DNA of 63,355 nucleotides, filler included. It is 6 parts of 6 records of this genome, joined end to end, with 100 filler letters (N's around TTAATTAATTAA, not from the genome) between each part and the next. Parts side by side here need not be neighbours in the genome. Positions count along the whole stretch, not along the records: positions 25,697 to 35,229 come from SRR31156797_3091; positions 35,330 to 49,668 come from SRR31156797_3098; 4 more parts are not named here. One strand, 5' to 3'. The translations under genes and the position numbers were made by a program. The notes under the pieces are model-generated. The model was not told where the DNA came from. It ran no database searches and saw nothing but the letters and a program-made list of their open reading frames with translations. Of the stretch, positions 33,337 to 42,196 are shown one piece after another; the first letter of the stretch is position 1, and every line of letters begins with the position of its first letter.

Positions 33337-33365
33337 AAAGGCGGGATATATCCTGCCTTTTTTTT
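33337..33365 (+). terminator. Rho-independent terminator after pruA
   Basis: AAAGGCGGGA-TATA-TCCTGCCTTT plus T-run. Confidence 0.8.
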
Positions 33366-33423
33366 GCTCATAATCCAAATATTACTTATCATTGATCCTT
33401 GGATAACCAACCAAAACCCGGCT

Positions 33424-34503
33424 ATGAAAAATATCAACTCCAGTGAGATTGCTGAACTTATCAAAATAAAAAATGCAATTGATGGCCAATTACCTGTCGA
33501 AAAAATCGAAAGTATAATCCGGTCAATCCAACCAAACCTAATTGAAAAAAAATTTGCTAAAACATTTGCAGCTTGTTTGCTGGCCAACCATCACCGCGAA
33601 AAGGAAGCCATTGAGTTTTTCGCAATGAATCCGGAGGATACGTTTTGCATGGTGATGAATAATTTCATAATGGAAACCGGTGAATTCAGGATGGTGGGTA
33701 AAGTCTTTAAAGATGCAAGGCCTTTTCATATTTACACCCAAACACCACTATATCGGGCCCACGAAAAAGCACTGGTCGAAAACATTACTAAATTCACCAA
33801 AAACTCACCTCCTCCTGCCGGTGAAACAGTTACCATCATAGACATTGGTCCTGGCGATGGAGAACTCACCTCACAATATGTAAATCACGTTATTAACCAA
33901 TACGATCTTAAAAAGGTGAGGCTGGTTTTCATCGACCCGTTTGAAGATCAATTAAATCTGGCTGCCAAAAAATGTCGGCAAAGAATATCCATTGATTGTG
34001 AGATCAAAACCATCTGCTCAAGGATACAGGAACTTTCAGAGAAACAAATTACCGAAATCAGGGCTTTAAAACCTGTTTGGTTTATTGTTGCAGCACTTTC
34101 GGTGCATCACATGCCAGAAGAACAAAAAATCCCCATGCTGAGGTTGATGAGGACAATTTCAAATTATTTCGTCCTGGCTGAAGTCAACTGGAATCACGAC
34201 TTACCGGAAAAAGACTCACCCGAACTAATTTGGTCGGTTTCCCGAAACTATGGCTTTATATGTAAAGATGTACTGGAATTGCCCATTGGTGAAGAAGAAC
34301 GCAAACTTTGCCTTTATCATTTTCTGGTTGATGAAGCAATCAATATTTTAAAGCAGGACAGGCCAAACCGCATCGATTATCATACCCCTATCGAGGAATG
34401 GATCAGAATTGCCAATACAGCAGGATTTAAAAATAGCAAGCCGGTTTCCACGTATATGTTCGATGATGAGCCTTTCATTTTTATGATGGAATTTTATAAC
34501 TAA
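33424..34503 (+). CDS. Class I SAM-dependent methyltransferase-fold protein with GRAS-like motifs
   Basis: Motif I IIDIGPGDG, acidic end of strand 2 (FIDP), ALSVHH, C-terminal W......AGF. Start moved to the ATG at 33424. Confidence 0.7.
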   Translation: MKNINSSEIAELIKIKNAIDGQLPVEKIESIIRSIQPNLIEKKFAKTFAACLLANHHREKEAIEFFAMNPEDTFCMVMNNFIMETGEFRMVGKVFKDARPFHIYTQTPLYRAHEKALVENITKFTKNSPPPAGETVTIIDIGPGDGELTSQYVNHVINQYDLKKVRLVFIDPFEDQLNLAAKKCRQRISIDCEIKTICSRIQELSEKQITEIRALKPVWFIVAALSVHHMPEEQKIPMLRLMRTISNYFVLAEVNWNHDLPEKDSPELIWSVSRNYGFICKDVLELPIGEEERKLCLYHFLVDEAINILKQDRPNRIDYHTPIEEWIRIANTAGFKNSKPVSTYMFDDEPFIFMMEFYN

Positions 34504-34543
34504 CCATGAACAAAAATGAGGATCCGGGATTGTGAATTCGATT

Positions 34544-35032
34544 TTAGAACCCGCCAAAGCTGTTAGTTAAACCACTCGATCGTTGCAGGTATTCGCGATA
34601 GTCCTTTTTAGCCGGCTTATATCCACTCATAAACAATGGCGAAGAAATAAGGAAATCCGCTGAAGAACGGTTTGATGCCGTAGGAATGTTATACAAAACA
34701 GCTATTCTTAACAATGCCTTAACATCCACATCATGCGGGTGCTGTCCCATGGGATCCCAGAAAAAGATCATAATATCCACTTCGCCGTCAGCAATCATAA
34801 CACCCAGTTGCTGATCGCCACCCAACGGACCAGCTTTTAATCTCACCATTTCGGTAGCTTCATCTACCTCCCCAACAGCTGATCTGTCAAGGGTATCCTT
34901 AATTAACCTGCCGGTGCTGCCAGTGCATATTAAACGATGACCAGAAAGTTTTTCATGATTCCATTTTACCCAGGCCACCATATCAGCCTTCATATTGTCG
35001 TGTGCCACGAGGGCTATATTTTGTCTGTTCAT
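34544..35032 (-). CDS. mgsA: Methylglyoxal synthase
   Basis: IALVAHD, TGSTG, GPLGGDQQ, FFWDP..QHPHDVDVKALLR. Confidence 0.95.
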   Translation of the reverse strand: MNRQNIALVAHDNMKADMVAWVKWNHEKLSGHRLICTGSTGRLIKDTLDRSAVGEVDEATEMVRLKAGPLGGDQQLGVMIADGEVDIMIFFWDPMGQHPHDVDVKALLRIAVLYNIPTASNRSSADFLISSPLFMSGYKPAKKDYREYLQRSSGLTNSFGGF

Positions 35033-35152
35033 GATTGGTCGATTTATGAATCCTTACAAAAATATTTAATTCTAACCAGCTATTGCCTTATTCAAACCGA
35101 GTTAACATAGAATTTACACCCTGTAGTAATTCAATTTCAATATGATGGTTTA

Positions 35153-35227
35153 CAACTTGGGCAAGCCAAAACATGATACATGCAAAAAAAAAGCAATTCC
35201 CTTTTTGGTTTTGGCTTGTCCAAGTTG
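35153..35227. repeat. 75-bp element with 20-bp terminal inverted repeats (MITE/REP-like)
   Basis: CAACTTGGGCAAGCCAAAAC (35153-35172) vs GTTTTGGCTTGTCCAAGTTG (35208-35227), 19/20 complementary. Confidence 0.65.
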
Positions 35228-35229
35228 GG

Positions 35230-35329
35230 NNNNNNNNNNNNNNNNNNNNNNNNNNNNNNNNNNNNNNNNNNNNTTAATTAATTAANNNNNNNNNNNNNNN
35301 NNNNNNNNNNNNNNNNNNNNNNNNNNNNN
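35230..35329. other. Artificial contig linker
   Basis: 44 N + TTAATTAATTAA + 44 N. Confidence 0.97.
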
Positions 35330-35428
35330 GTTCGCTTAACCCCGTTGACATCCGTGGTTTGATATGGGTAGACGATCGAGTATATCGCAAATACTCATCC
35401 AATCTACCCGCAAAAAGGAGGAACCCGC

Positions 35429-36625
35429 ATGGCTCTTACCGTAAAGCAGATTCAAGCCGCAAAACCCAAAAAGAAATTGTACCGCCTTGGGGATTCAAAC
35501 GGGCTGTGTCTTGAAGTCACCCCCTCGGGCACAAAGTTATGGAGATACCGGTATCGTTTTAACGGCAAAGAAAAAATGATGGCCATAGGCTCATTCCCTG
35601 CGACTAGCCTCAAAGAAGCACGAGATAAGCGAGATGAACAACGTAAAATTCTAGAACGTGGTATAAACCCCTCCGAATACAAAAAGGACCAACAAGCTGC
35701 GGCAAGTGGAGAAAATGAATTTGAATCAATTGCCCGCGAATGGCACACCAAATTCAAAAGTACTTGGACCGCTGGACACGCCCAAACTGTTATCAGACGT
35801 CTTGAACTGAACTGTTTCCCTTGGATCGGGAAAATGGTTGTCAGTGAGATTGAACCGCCGGATATCTTAAAAGTCCTCAGAAGAATTGAAAGCCGGGGTG
35901 CGCTTGAAACCGCCCACCGTGTACGCAGTATTCTCGGTCAGGTTTTACGTTATGCCGTAGCCACCGGCCGCGCCACCCGTGATGCTACTTCAGATCTTAA
36001 AGGTGCTCTTCCGCCAGTAAAGCACAAGCACATGGCAACCATCACCGATCCCAAACAGATCGGCCCCCTGCTCGATAATATTGACGAGTACCAAGGCAAC
36101 ACCATGACCAAATGTGCCTTGCAGCTCGCCCCACTCGTTTTTGTCCGTCCCGGAGAGCTACGCCATGGCGAATGGGAAGAAATAGATTTTGATGCTGCCG
36201 AATGGAGAATCCCGGCAGAAAAGATGAAAGCCCGCCGTCCTCACATTGTACCGCTTTCCCGGCAGGCTCTGGAGGTCCTCTTCGAGCTGAAACCGCTTAC
36301 AGGCGAGGGTAGATACCTGTTCCCCAGCATCCGCAGTAAATTATACCCCATGAGCGAAAACACCATCAACGGAGCATTGCGCCGCCTTGGATACAGCAAA
36401 GAAGAACTCACAGGACACGGTTTCCGCTCTATGGCGTCAACAAACCTCAATGAAAATGGCTGGCGTCCAGACGTGATTGAAAGACAACTTGCTCACGTTG
36501 AGGGAAATAGCGTGCGCGCAGCATACAACCATGCCGACTATCTGCCGGAACGGCGCAAGATGATGCAATGGTGGGCTGATTATTTAGATGCTTTGAAGAA
36601 CGAGGATGAGATACCCAGCATTTAA
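35429..36625 (+). CDS. P4-like tyrosine integrase with N-terminal arm-binding domain
   Basis: D.NGL.L.V...G.K.W.YRYR arm-binding motif, catalytic VRPGEL, KMK, HGFR, QLAH, AYN. AGGAGG SD upstream. Confidence 0.95.
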   Translation: MALTVKQIQAAKPKKKLYRLGDSNGLCLEVTPSGTKLWRYRYRFNGKEKMMAIGSFPATSLKEARDKRDEQRKILERGINPSEYKKDQQAAASGENEFESIAREWHTKFKSTWTAGHAQTVIRRLELNCFPWIGKMVVSEIEPPDILKVLRRIESRGALETAHRVRSILGQVLRYAVATGRATRDATSDLKGALPPVKHKHMATITDPKQIGPLLDNIDEYQGNTMTKCALQLAPLVFVRPGELRHGEWEEIDFDAAEWRIPAEKMKARRPHIVPLSRQALEVLFELKPLTGEGRYLFPSIRSKLYPMSENTINGALRRLGYSKEELTGHGFRSMASTNLNENGWRPDVIERQLAHVEGNSVRAAYNHADYLPERRKMMQWWADYLDALKNEDEIPSI

Positions 36626-36636
36626 GGAGATCAACT

Positions 36637-37287
36637 ATGATAGCTAAATTGACACGCACAGCATTGAGAATGACGGCTTTGACTTTTATAATCTTTGAAG
36701 TAATGATTCTCTTAGGTCAGCTTTTTACTCTTTCCATGCTTGACGCTATATATATCGATATTAGCACGACAGCACAGGTAGCAATAATTATATTTAGTAT
36801 GCTTCTATTTTATTACTCATGCAAGTACACGCATACTACATACGAAAAAGCATGGCTACATAGAACATTAGAACAGGTTATTGAAGGAAGATTGCTTGAA
36901 CGAAAAAGCATCATTAATGCTCAAAAGATTGAGTCAGAAGAAAAAATAGCAACACAACTTCATGAAAAAGGTTTAACAACAGACGAATATATTAATGCCT
37001 TAGAGCAGCATGTCGAATCATTAAGAGCCGAGCTTGAAGAAGCACATGAAACAATAAGTAAAAACAATTGGAAAAAGTGGTTTAGTCCTGCGTGTAAAGC
37101 TATGGCTGATACGATTAGAGAGAATACTACACATAGGGCTGACCGTGTCATAGTCAAACAAAAAGACTTTTATGCTCGTGTAATTTCTCACTACCCTGAC
37201 TATAAAAATCTAAAGGGTAAACCATTTGGATCAGCTTTATCTGAAGCATGGAGTTGTATGCCAAAAGGGGTAAAACTCGACGACTGA
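36637..37287 (+). CDS. Hypothetical membrane protein (two N-terminal TM segments, coiled coil)
   Basis: 216-aa ORF with AAGGAG SD directly after the integrase. AT-rich. Confidence 0.65.
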   Translation: MIAKLTRTALRMTALTFIIFEVMILLGQLFTLSMLDAIYIDISTTAQVAIIIFSMLLFYYSCKYTHTTYEKAWLHRTLEQVIEGRLLERKSIINAQKIESEEKIATQLHEKGLTTDEYINALEQHVESLRAELEEAHETISKNNWKKWFSPACKAMADTIRENTTHRADRVIVKQKDFYARVISHYPDYKNLKGKPFGSALSEAWSCMPKGVKLDD

Positions 37288-37478
37288 CAGCATAATACGG
37301 ATAAAAATTTCAATTTAAACCCAAATTGTAAAATTGTTTCTCTCAAAAAAAGATCCCACTTTTTAGTATATTAGAAAAAAACATTTATTTTTTACCCCTT
37401 TTACCCCTTCAACCCGTCTAGCAAACAAATTCGATTCTTGTAGGCTTTCCTCAAACGTCAAAAAACGGAGGAAAGCTT

Positions 37479-37703
37479 ATGAGAACCGAATCAAACCAGA
37501 CTTCATACCACCTGCCTAATACGGGCTTTGTGAGACTTGTAGATGTCCTGAAGGTCATCCCGGTATCTAAAACAACTTGGTGGAAAGGTATCCAGACCGG
37601 ACGCTTTCCTAAGCCTGTAAAACTCACCGAGCGCACCACCGCTTGGCGGGTCTGCGATATCCGCAAACTCATCGAAGAGCTGCCAAACCAAGGCGAAGCA
37701 TAG
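37479..37703 (+). CDS. alpA: AlpA family regulator / recombination directionality factor
   Basis: IPVSKTTWWKGIQTGRFPKPVKL..RTTAWR motif and GGAGG SD. Confidence 0.9.
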   Translation: MRTESNQTSYHLPNTGFVRLVDVLKVIPVSKTTWWKGIQTGRFPKPVKLTERTTAWRVCDIRKLIEELPNQGEA

Positions 37704-39323
37704 ATGTCGAATATGGCGTCTATGACTTATGGAGGGGGCAGCTTGCTCCCTCCCCCTTCCTCTTTTCCGCACGGAGTACTTCCGCCCAGCATCGAGGCTT
37801 CGCTTGATGTCGCGGCTTCGGCCTACAATGTTCCGTTTGCCGTCCCGGCCATCACTTTTCTTGCAGTGATCGGGGCTACCGTGGGCAGGACTCGCGGCCT
37901 TGAAGTAAAGCCGAGCTGGATAACCCATCCAAACCTGTACTGGGCATTGGTGGCCAAATCCGGCACGGGCAAAAGTCCTTGTTCTGCCGCGATCATGAAG
38001 CCAATCCATGAAAAGGACCAGACCGAGTACCAGAAACATAAGCAGGAGCTTTCCGAATACGAGCTGGATTTAAAGGAATGGAAAGCCGATTTTGCCCGCG
38101 CCCAGCGAGAAAACGAAAGCCTCCCGGATAAGCCAATCTGCCCGATCTGGAAGCAAAGCTATATCGAGGATAGCACAACGCAAGCCCTCGGCACTATTCT
38201 GGCCGGGAATCCTCGTGGCGTCCTTTGGTATCGTGATGAACTGGCCGGGTTGCTTTCTGACCTTGGCCGCTACGACAACAAAGGCGGTGATGGAGGAGAC
38301 AAAGCCCGTCTGCTTTCCGCTTACGATTGCGGACCGTGGAAGGTCTCGCGCAGCACAAGAGAAGGTCTGCACATCCCGCACGCCTGCGTTTCCATCTTCG
38401 GGACGGTCCAGCCAAAGCTATTACCGAACCTTTTCAAACCACAGGATACGATTTCTGGCTTTCTGCCGCGTTTCCTTTTTGTTCGCTGCGAACAGGAAGC
38501 ACCGCCGCTTTGGACATCCAAAAGTTTCGATGGAGAACAGGCGGAACACATCCATGGATTCATTCAGCAAGCGCAGGGTTTAAGTTTCGGGCCGGAAAAC
38601 TCTCCGCAAATTATCAGCCTGTCAGACGCTGCCCGTGATCTGGTGCAGGCATGGTACGACCAGCAGGTTCTGGCCCACTGGTATCAGCCGGAGTTGGAAC
38701 AGTTTGAAGCTCTGGCCCCAAAACTGCGCGGTGCATTTTTCAAGCTCTCGCTGATCATCCACATGCTTGATTGCTGGAGCGCAGGCAAATCTGAACTCTG
38801 TGCGGTTCTCCCGGAGTCGATTCAAAAAACGATTCATTTGATGGAATGGCTTGAGGAGCAGCAGAGACAGGTTTGGACTCTGCTTTCTGCTGGGAACAAA
38901 TTTCAGGAAACTTCTACCATGGGGCGCAGAGTTGCGCGGGCCATCGTTGTCCTTTCAAAAGACCTGAATCAGAGCCTGTTGCCGACTTCAAAAATTGTGG
39001 AATTTCTGAATCAAAATCTGGCTGATTCCTTCCATGTGAAAGCGGATGCTGTGGGCAAAAGTTACAAAGAACTGGGCATCGAAATCGGACGCAACAGCCG
39101 CGAAAGAGGTGCCAAACTCACCCCGGAAATCATCAAAACGCTCTCCCAATACTTTCCTGCTGAAAAAGGCGTCATACCCGTCACAGGCGTCACTGTCCCC
39201 GACAAAAGCAATGAAATTCAGATGAATACGAGAATGACGGCTGGAGTGACACCTGAAAATCAGGCGTCATCAGATGTCACCGCAGAAAAGTTCAACAATA
39301 TCAATGCAATGAAACAGGAATGA
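37704..39323 (+). CDS. DUF3987/YfjI-like P-loop protein (putative replication helicase)
   Basis: PNLYWALVAKSGTGKS Walker A, RDELAG Walker B-like, SIFGTVQP, GFLPRFLF. Abuts alpA. Confidence 0.8.
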   Translation: MSNMASMTYGGGSLLPPPSSFPHGVLPPSIEASLDVAASAYNVPFAVPAITFLAVIGATVGRTRGLEVKPSWITHPNLYWALVAKSGTGKSPCSAAIMKPIHEKDQTEYQKHKQELSEYELDLKEWKADFARAQRENESLPDKPICPIWKQSYIEDSTTQALGTILAGNPRGVLWYRDELAGLLSDLGRYDNKGGDGGDKARLLSAYDCGPWKVSRSTREGLHIPHACVSIFGTVQPKLLPNLFKPQDTISGFLPRFLFVRCEQEAPPLWTSKSFDGEQAEHIHGFIQQAQGLSFGPENSPQIISLSDAARDLVQAWYDQQVLAHWYQPELEQFEALAPKLRGAFFKLSLIIHMLDCWSAGKSELCAVLPESIQKTIHLMEWLEEQQRQVWTLLSAGNKFQETSTMGRRVARAIVVLSKDLNQSLLPTSKIVEFLNQNLADSFHVKADAVGKSYKELGIEIGRNSRERGAKLTPEIIKTLSQYFPAEKGVIPVTGVTVPDKSNEIQMNTRMTAGVTPENQASSDVTAEKFNNINAMKQE

Positions 39324-39346
39324 CGGCTATGACGTCTATGACACGT
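39168..39346. repeat. Cluster of 9-bp-period TGAC(G/A) repeats in opposing orientations (iteron-like)
   Basis: GGCGTCATA-CCCGTCACA-GGCGTCACT (39168-39194) and ATGACGGCT-ATGACGTCT-ATGACACGT (39320-39346), with a central imperfect palindrome. Confidence 0.6.
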
Positions 39347-39485
39347 ATTTTAGAGTTCTATACATTTTTGGGGTCCATGACGCTCAAATTCTTCCATGGA
39401 GTCAACCCTGCGACGGTCTTTCGAGCTGGAAAAAGCGGCCAAGCAGCGCACGGATTGATGCGTAATTGTTGTCCAAGCCAGTTTA

Positions 39486-39538
39486 CCCAATGTTTCACAT
39501 TGGGAACTGGCGAGGGAGAAATCTCCCTTCGATCCCTC
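39486..39538. promoter_or_regulatory. Candidate oriT
   Basis: Two adjacent hairpins, CCCAATGT-TTC-ACATTGGG and GGGAGA-AA-TCTCCC, separated by AACTGGC, directly upstream of mobC. Confidence 0.5.
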
Positions 39539-39588
39539 TTGCTTTTAGAGCCGTGCGAACACTCCATTCTCTGCGAGGGTTGGACTCC

Positions 39589-39891
39589 ATGAAGAATGAA
39601 GAGAAGCGCACCGAGTTCGTGAACACGCGGGTCACTCCCACGGAAAAGCACTTGCTCAAAATTCAGGCTGAAGCGGAGGGCATGAGTCTCGGAGATTTTG
39701 TCCGCGTGCAGCTCAATCGCCCGCGCGTCAGAAAGACGAAAATCGAAAGGCAGAAGGTCATCCATCTGGCCCGCATCGGAAATAATCTGAACCAGATTGC
39801 TCGCTGGGCCAACACCTATAAAAAGAATGCCGAGGCCACACAGGTTGTGCTGGTCCTGCTCGAAATCAGGAAAGAGTTCAAATGCTTATGA
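39589..39891 (+). CDS. mobC: MobC/MbeC relaxosome accessory protein
   Basis: RHH-like N-terminus (VNTRVTPTEK) and LARIGNNLNQIARWAN motif. Start moved to the ATG at 39589. Confidence 0.9.
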   Translation: MKNEEKRTEFVNTRVTPTEKHLLKIQAEAEGMSLGDFVRVQLNRPRVRKTKIERQKVIHLARIGNNLNQIARWANTYKKNAEATQVVLVLLEIRKEFKCL

Positions 39892-41432
39892 AGGTCTTCC
39901 GGCACGGAGTCGGGCGCGGTTCCAAAGTCATCGGCTATGTGACCGGCCAACATGACGCCAGAAGGAAGGTCACGCCGCCCGAAGTTTTGCGCGGTGATCC
40001 CGATTCCGTCTGCGACCTCATCGATACCACCACTCGCAAATGGAAATACACTTCCGGCGTTCTCTCGTGGGCTCCGGGCGATAAGGTCACGCCCGAAGAT
40101 GAGAAGAAGCTCATGGACGGTTTTGAATCGCTGGCATTCTCCGGGATGGAGCCGGACCAATATTCCATCCTTTGGGTGCGACACGGCCATGCTGGCCATC
40201 ATGAAATGCACTTCGTGATCCCGCGCACCGAGCTACGCACGGATAAGGCCTTTAATCCCTGCCCGCCGGGGTGGGAGAAACAATACAATCCTTGGTGCGA
40301 GCTGCAAAACCGCCGCCGCAACTGGGCGCGGCCTGATGAACTGAAACGCGCAAGGCTGGTCAGCCCCGGCAGCTCAATTCAGAGCTACAAATCCGGCAAT
40401 GCTTCCGAGATCCGGCGCACCGTGACCGAGGCCATTGTTCAGGGTGTTGAAGCAGGGCTTATCCATAATCGGCAGGACATCATCAATACGCTGGAAGAGT
40501 TCGGCTTCGCAGTACCGCGCAAGGGCAAGGAATATATAACAATTGAAATACCGAAAGACGAGAACAATACCGTTTCCCAGAAACGAAAAAACAACCGTAT
40601 CCGTTTAAAAGGAGTACTCTATGCAGAATCATGGACAGCCGAAGAGTTCAAACAACGCGCTGAACTTAGCCGAGAAAATGAAGCAGCAAATGGACGAGCA
40701 GGCGCAGAGTTCAAAGCAGATAATTCAAGAAGAATTGCAGAACTTGAGCAGCGAGTTGCAGGAATCCGCGAGACACGAGCTGAGTACCATCGAAGCCGCT
40801 ATAAAAGCAGAAGTTATTCAGGTCAGGAGCCGTCAGGAAAGCTTGATCGAAAGCTTAAAAACAACCTCACGTATCCCGCTGCTGGTCTCCATAGCCCTCA
40901 CGATTCTGGTCTGTCTGACGATAATCGGCGGGACCATGATCTGGGAAAAGTGGGAAATCAAAAAATTGCAGGAAATATCATCGAATCTCAAAAAATCGCA
41001 ACTGGTATCAATAAATCTCACGGAAAATCAGAAAAAATCAAAAATTCTCATCGACTGGGGAATCTATCCGCACGTTCAAGGGAAACAGAAGTACCTGATT
41101 TTCCCCAAGGGCATGAAAATTCAAACAACGACGACCCGAGACGGGGACGCAGCACTATACATAGAAGAGTAGATTATGACCGAGTTACAGCAGAGCTTAT
41201 TGGATTTGATGAACCGGATCGAACGGGAGCAGTCCCAGCGTCTAGCCGCCCAAGACGCCAAGATAGCGGCCTTGGAGCAGGAAATACAAGGTTGTCGGGA
41301 CTTGCAGAGCGAATTGGAGCAAGTTTTGAACGAATTGGAAAGATTAGCTCAGCTTTAGTCCAGAAAATTATGAACCCCAGAAGCCGCAAAAAGACTTTAA
41401 AAGCTGGAATTAATAAACTATTGAGCAGGTAA
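39882..41432 (+). CDS. Relaxase, ColE1 MbeA-related (MOBP)
   Basis: MLMKVF..G.G.G....Y motif I, YTSGVLSW motif II, ILWVRH......EMHFVIP..EL motif III, IRLKG.LY. Confidence 0.88.
   Translation: MLMKVFRHGVGRGSKVIGYVTGQHDARRKVTPPEVLRGDPDSVCDLIDTTTRKWKYTSGVLSWAPGDKVTPEDEKKLMDGFESLAFSGMEPDQYSILWVRHGHAGHHEMHFVIPRTELRTDKAFNPCPPGWEKQYNPWCELQNRRRNWARPDELKRARLVSPGSSIQSYKSGNASEIRRTVTEAIVQGVEAGLIHNRQDIINTLEEFGFAVPRKGKEYITIEIPKDENNTVSQKRKNNRIRLKGVLYAESWTAEEFKQRAELSRENEAANGRAGAEFKADNSRRIAELEQRVAGIRETRAEYHRSRYKSRSYSGQEPSGKLDRKLKNNLTYPAAGLHSPHDSGLSDDNRRDHDLGKVGNQKIAGNIIESQKIATGINKSHGKSEKIKNSHRLGNLSARSRETEVPDFPQGHENSNNDDPRRGRSTIHRRVDYDRVTAELIGFDEPDRTGAVPASSRPRRQDSGLGAGNTRLSGLAERIGASFERIGKISSALVQKIMNPRSRKKTLKAGINKLLSR
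40621..41172 (+). CDS. MbeB-like mobilization protein nested in the +1 frame of the relaxase
   Basis: 183-aa ORF with coiled coil (LNLAEKMKQQ...) and one TM segment, fully inside the relaxase ORF as in ColE1 mbeB. Confidence 0.65.
   Translation: MQNHGQPKSSNNALNLAEKMKQQMDEQAQSSKQIIQEELQNLSSELQESARHELSTIEAAIKAEVIQVRSRQESLIESLKTTSRIPLLVSIALTILVCLTIIGGTMIWEKWEIKKLQEISSNLKKSQLVSINLTENQKKSKILIDWGIYPHVQGKQKYLIFPKGMKIQTTTTRDGDAALYIEE
41176..41358 (+). CDS. MbeD/MobD-like protein nested in the relaxase ORF
   Basis: MTELQQSLLDLMNRIERE start resembles the MbeD N-terminus. Coiled coil, 3 bp after the mbeB-like stop. Confidence 0.65.
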   Translation: MTELQQSLLDLMNRIEREQSQRLAAQDAKIAALEQEIQGCRDLQSELEQVLNELERLAQL

Positions 41433-41444
41433 AGGAGTCAGCAA

Positions 41445-42188
41445 ATGAATCATTACGAAGGGAATATAGAAGATGCGCTCAGCAAGCACGACATTGAAGC
41501 CGTATGGGAATGGCTGGAGCATGGCGGCAATCCGCGCCATATCACTGAATACGGAGACTCACTGCTCCATATCGCAGCCTTAAACGATAACACCGATGCC
41601 ACAAAGCTGCTGCTTGATGTCGGTGTAGATCCCAATAACCGTAACGCCGAAGATCTCACCCCCATATGCTACGCGAGCATGGCTGAAACAATCATCATGC
41701 TGCATGAATATGGTGCATCCTTAACCGTAGAAGATGGCAATTACGGCCCTCCCCTACACCGTGCGGCCTGCGGTCTATCTGTGGAAGCTGTAACGACCAT
41801 GGTCGCTCTCGGTGCTGATATCTATGCTGAGCCTTCAGACGGAGGATTACCAGCAATATATAACTGCTTTCTTTCGGATAACTGCAAAGCCATGTTGCTG
41901 GCGTTCATCTCAATGGGCTTCAGTGTTGACGGCATAGAGGGACATCCCCTGCTTCATTATGCTTACGGAAGTGACAGACTTGAAGCGGTCGAGCTACTTC
42001 TAAAGCTTGGCGCTGATCCAACCCTCAAAGACGAGAACGGCAGGGACTTTGAAGCCTTTAAGGAAATGGTGAAAGAGCGACGGAAAGCAGCCAACAGTCA
42101 GCCTGTTGAAGCGGAACAAAAAGTTAATCCTTTACTTGAGGAATTGGAAAAGCAATTAAAGATAAATGATCAGCTTAAACAGGAATAA
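41445..42188 (+). CDS. Ankyrin repeat protein
   Basis: GDSLLHIAA...LLLDVGVDPN, PPLHRAA...LGADI, HPLLHYA...LLLKLGADP. AAGGAG SD. Confidence 0.88.
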   Translation: MNHYEGNIEDALSKHDIEAVWEWLEHGGNPRHITEYGDSLLHIAALNDNTDATKLLLDVGVDPNNRNAEDLTPICYASMAETIIMLHEYGASLTVEDGNYGPPLHRAACGLSVEAVTTMVALGADIYAEPSDGGLPAIYNCFLSDNCKAMLLAFISMGFSVDGIEGHPLLHYAYGSDRLEAVELLLKLGADPTLKDENGRDFEAFKEMVKERRKAANSQPVEAEQKVNPLLEELEKQLKINDQLKQE

Positions 42189-42196
42189 AAGAATCT

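Noticed and set aside
35429-39323. Prophage or phage satellite
   Set aside because: No capsid, terminase or tail genes. The relaxase and MobC point to conjugative mobilisation.
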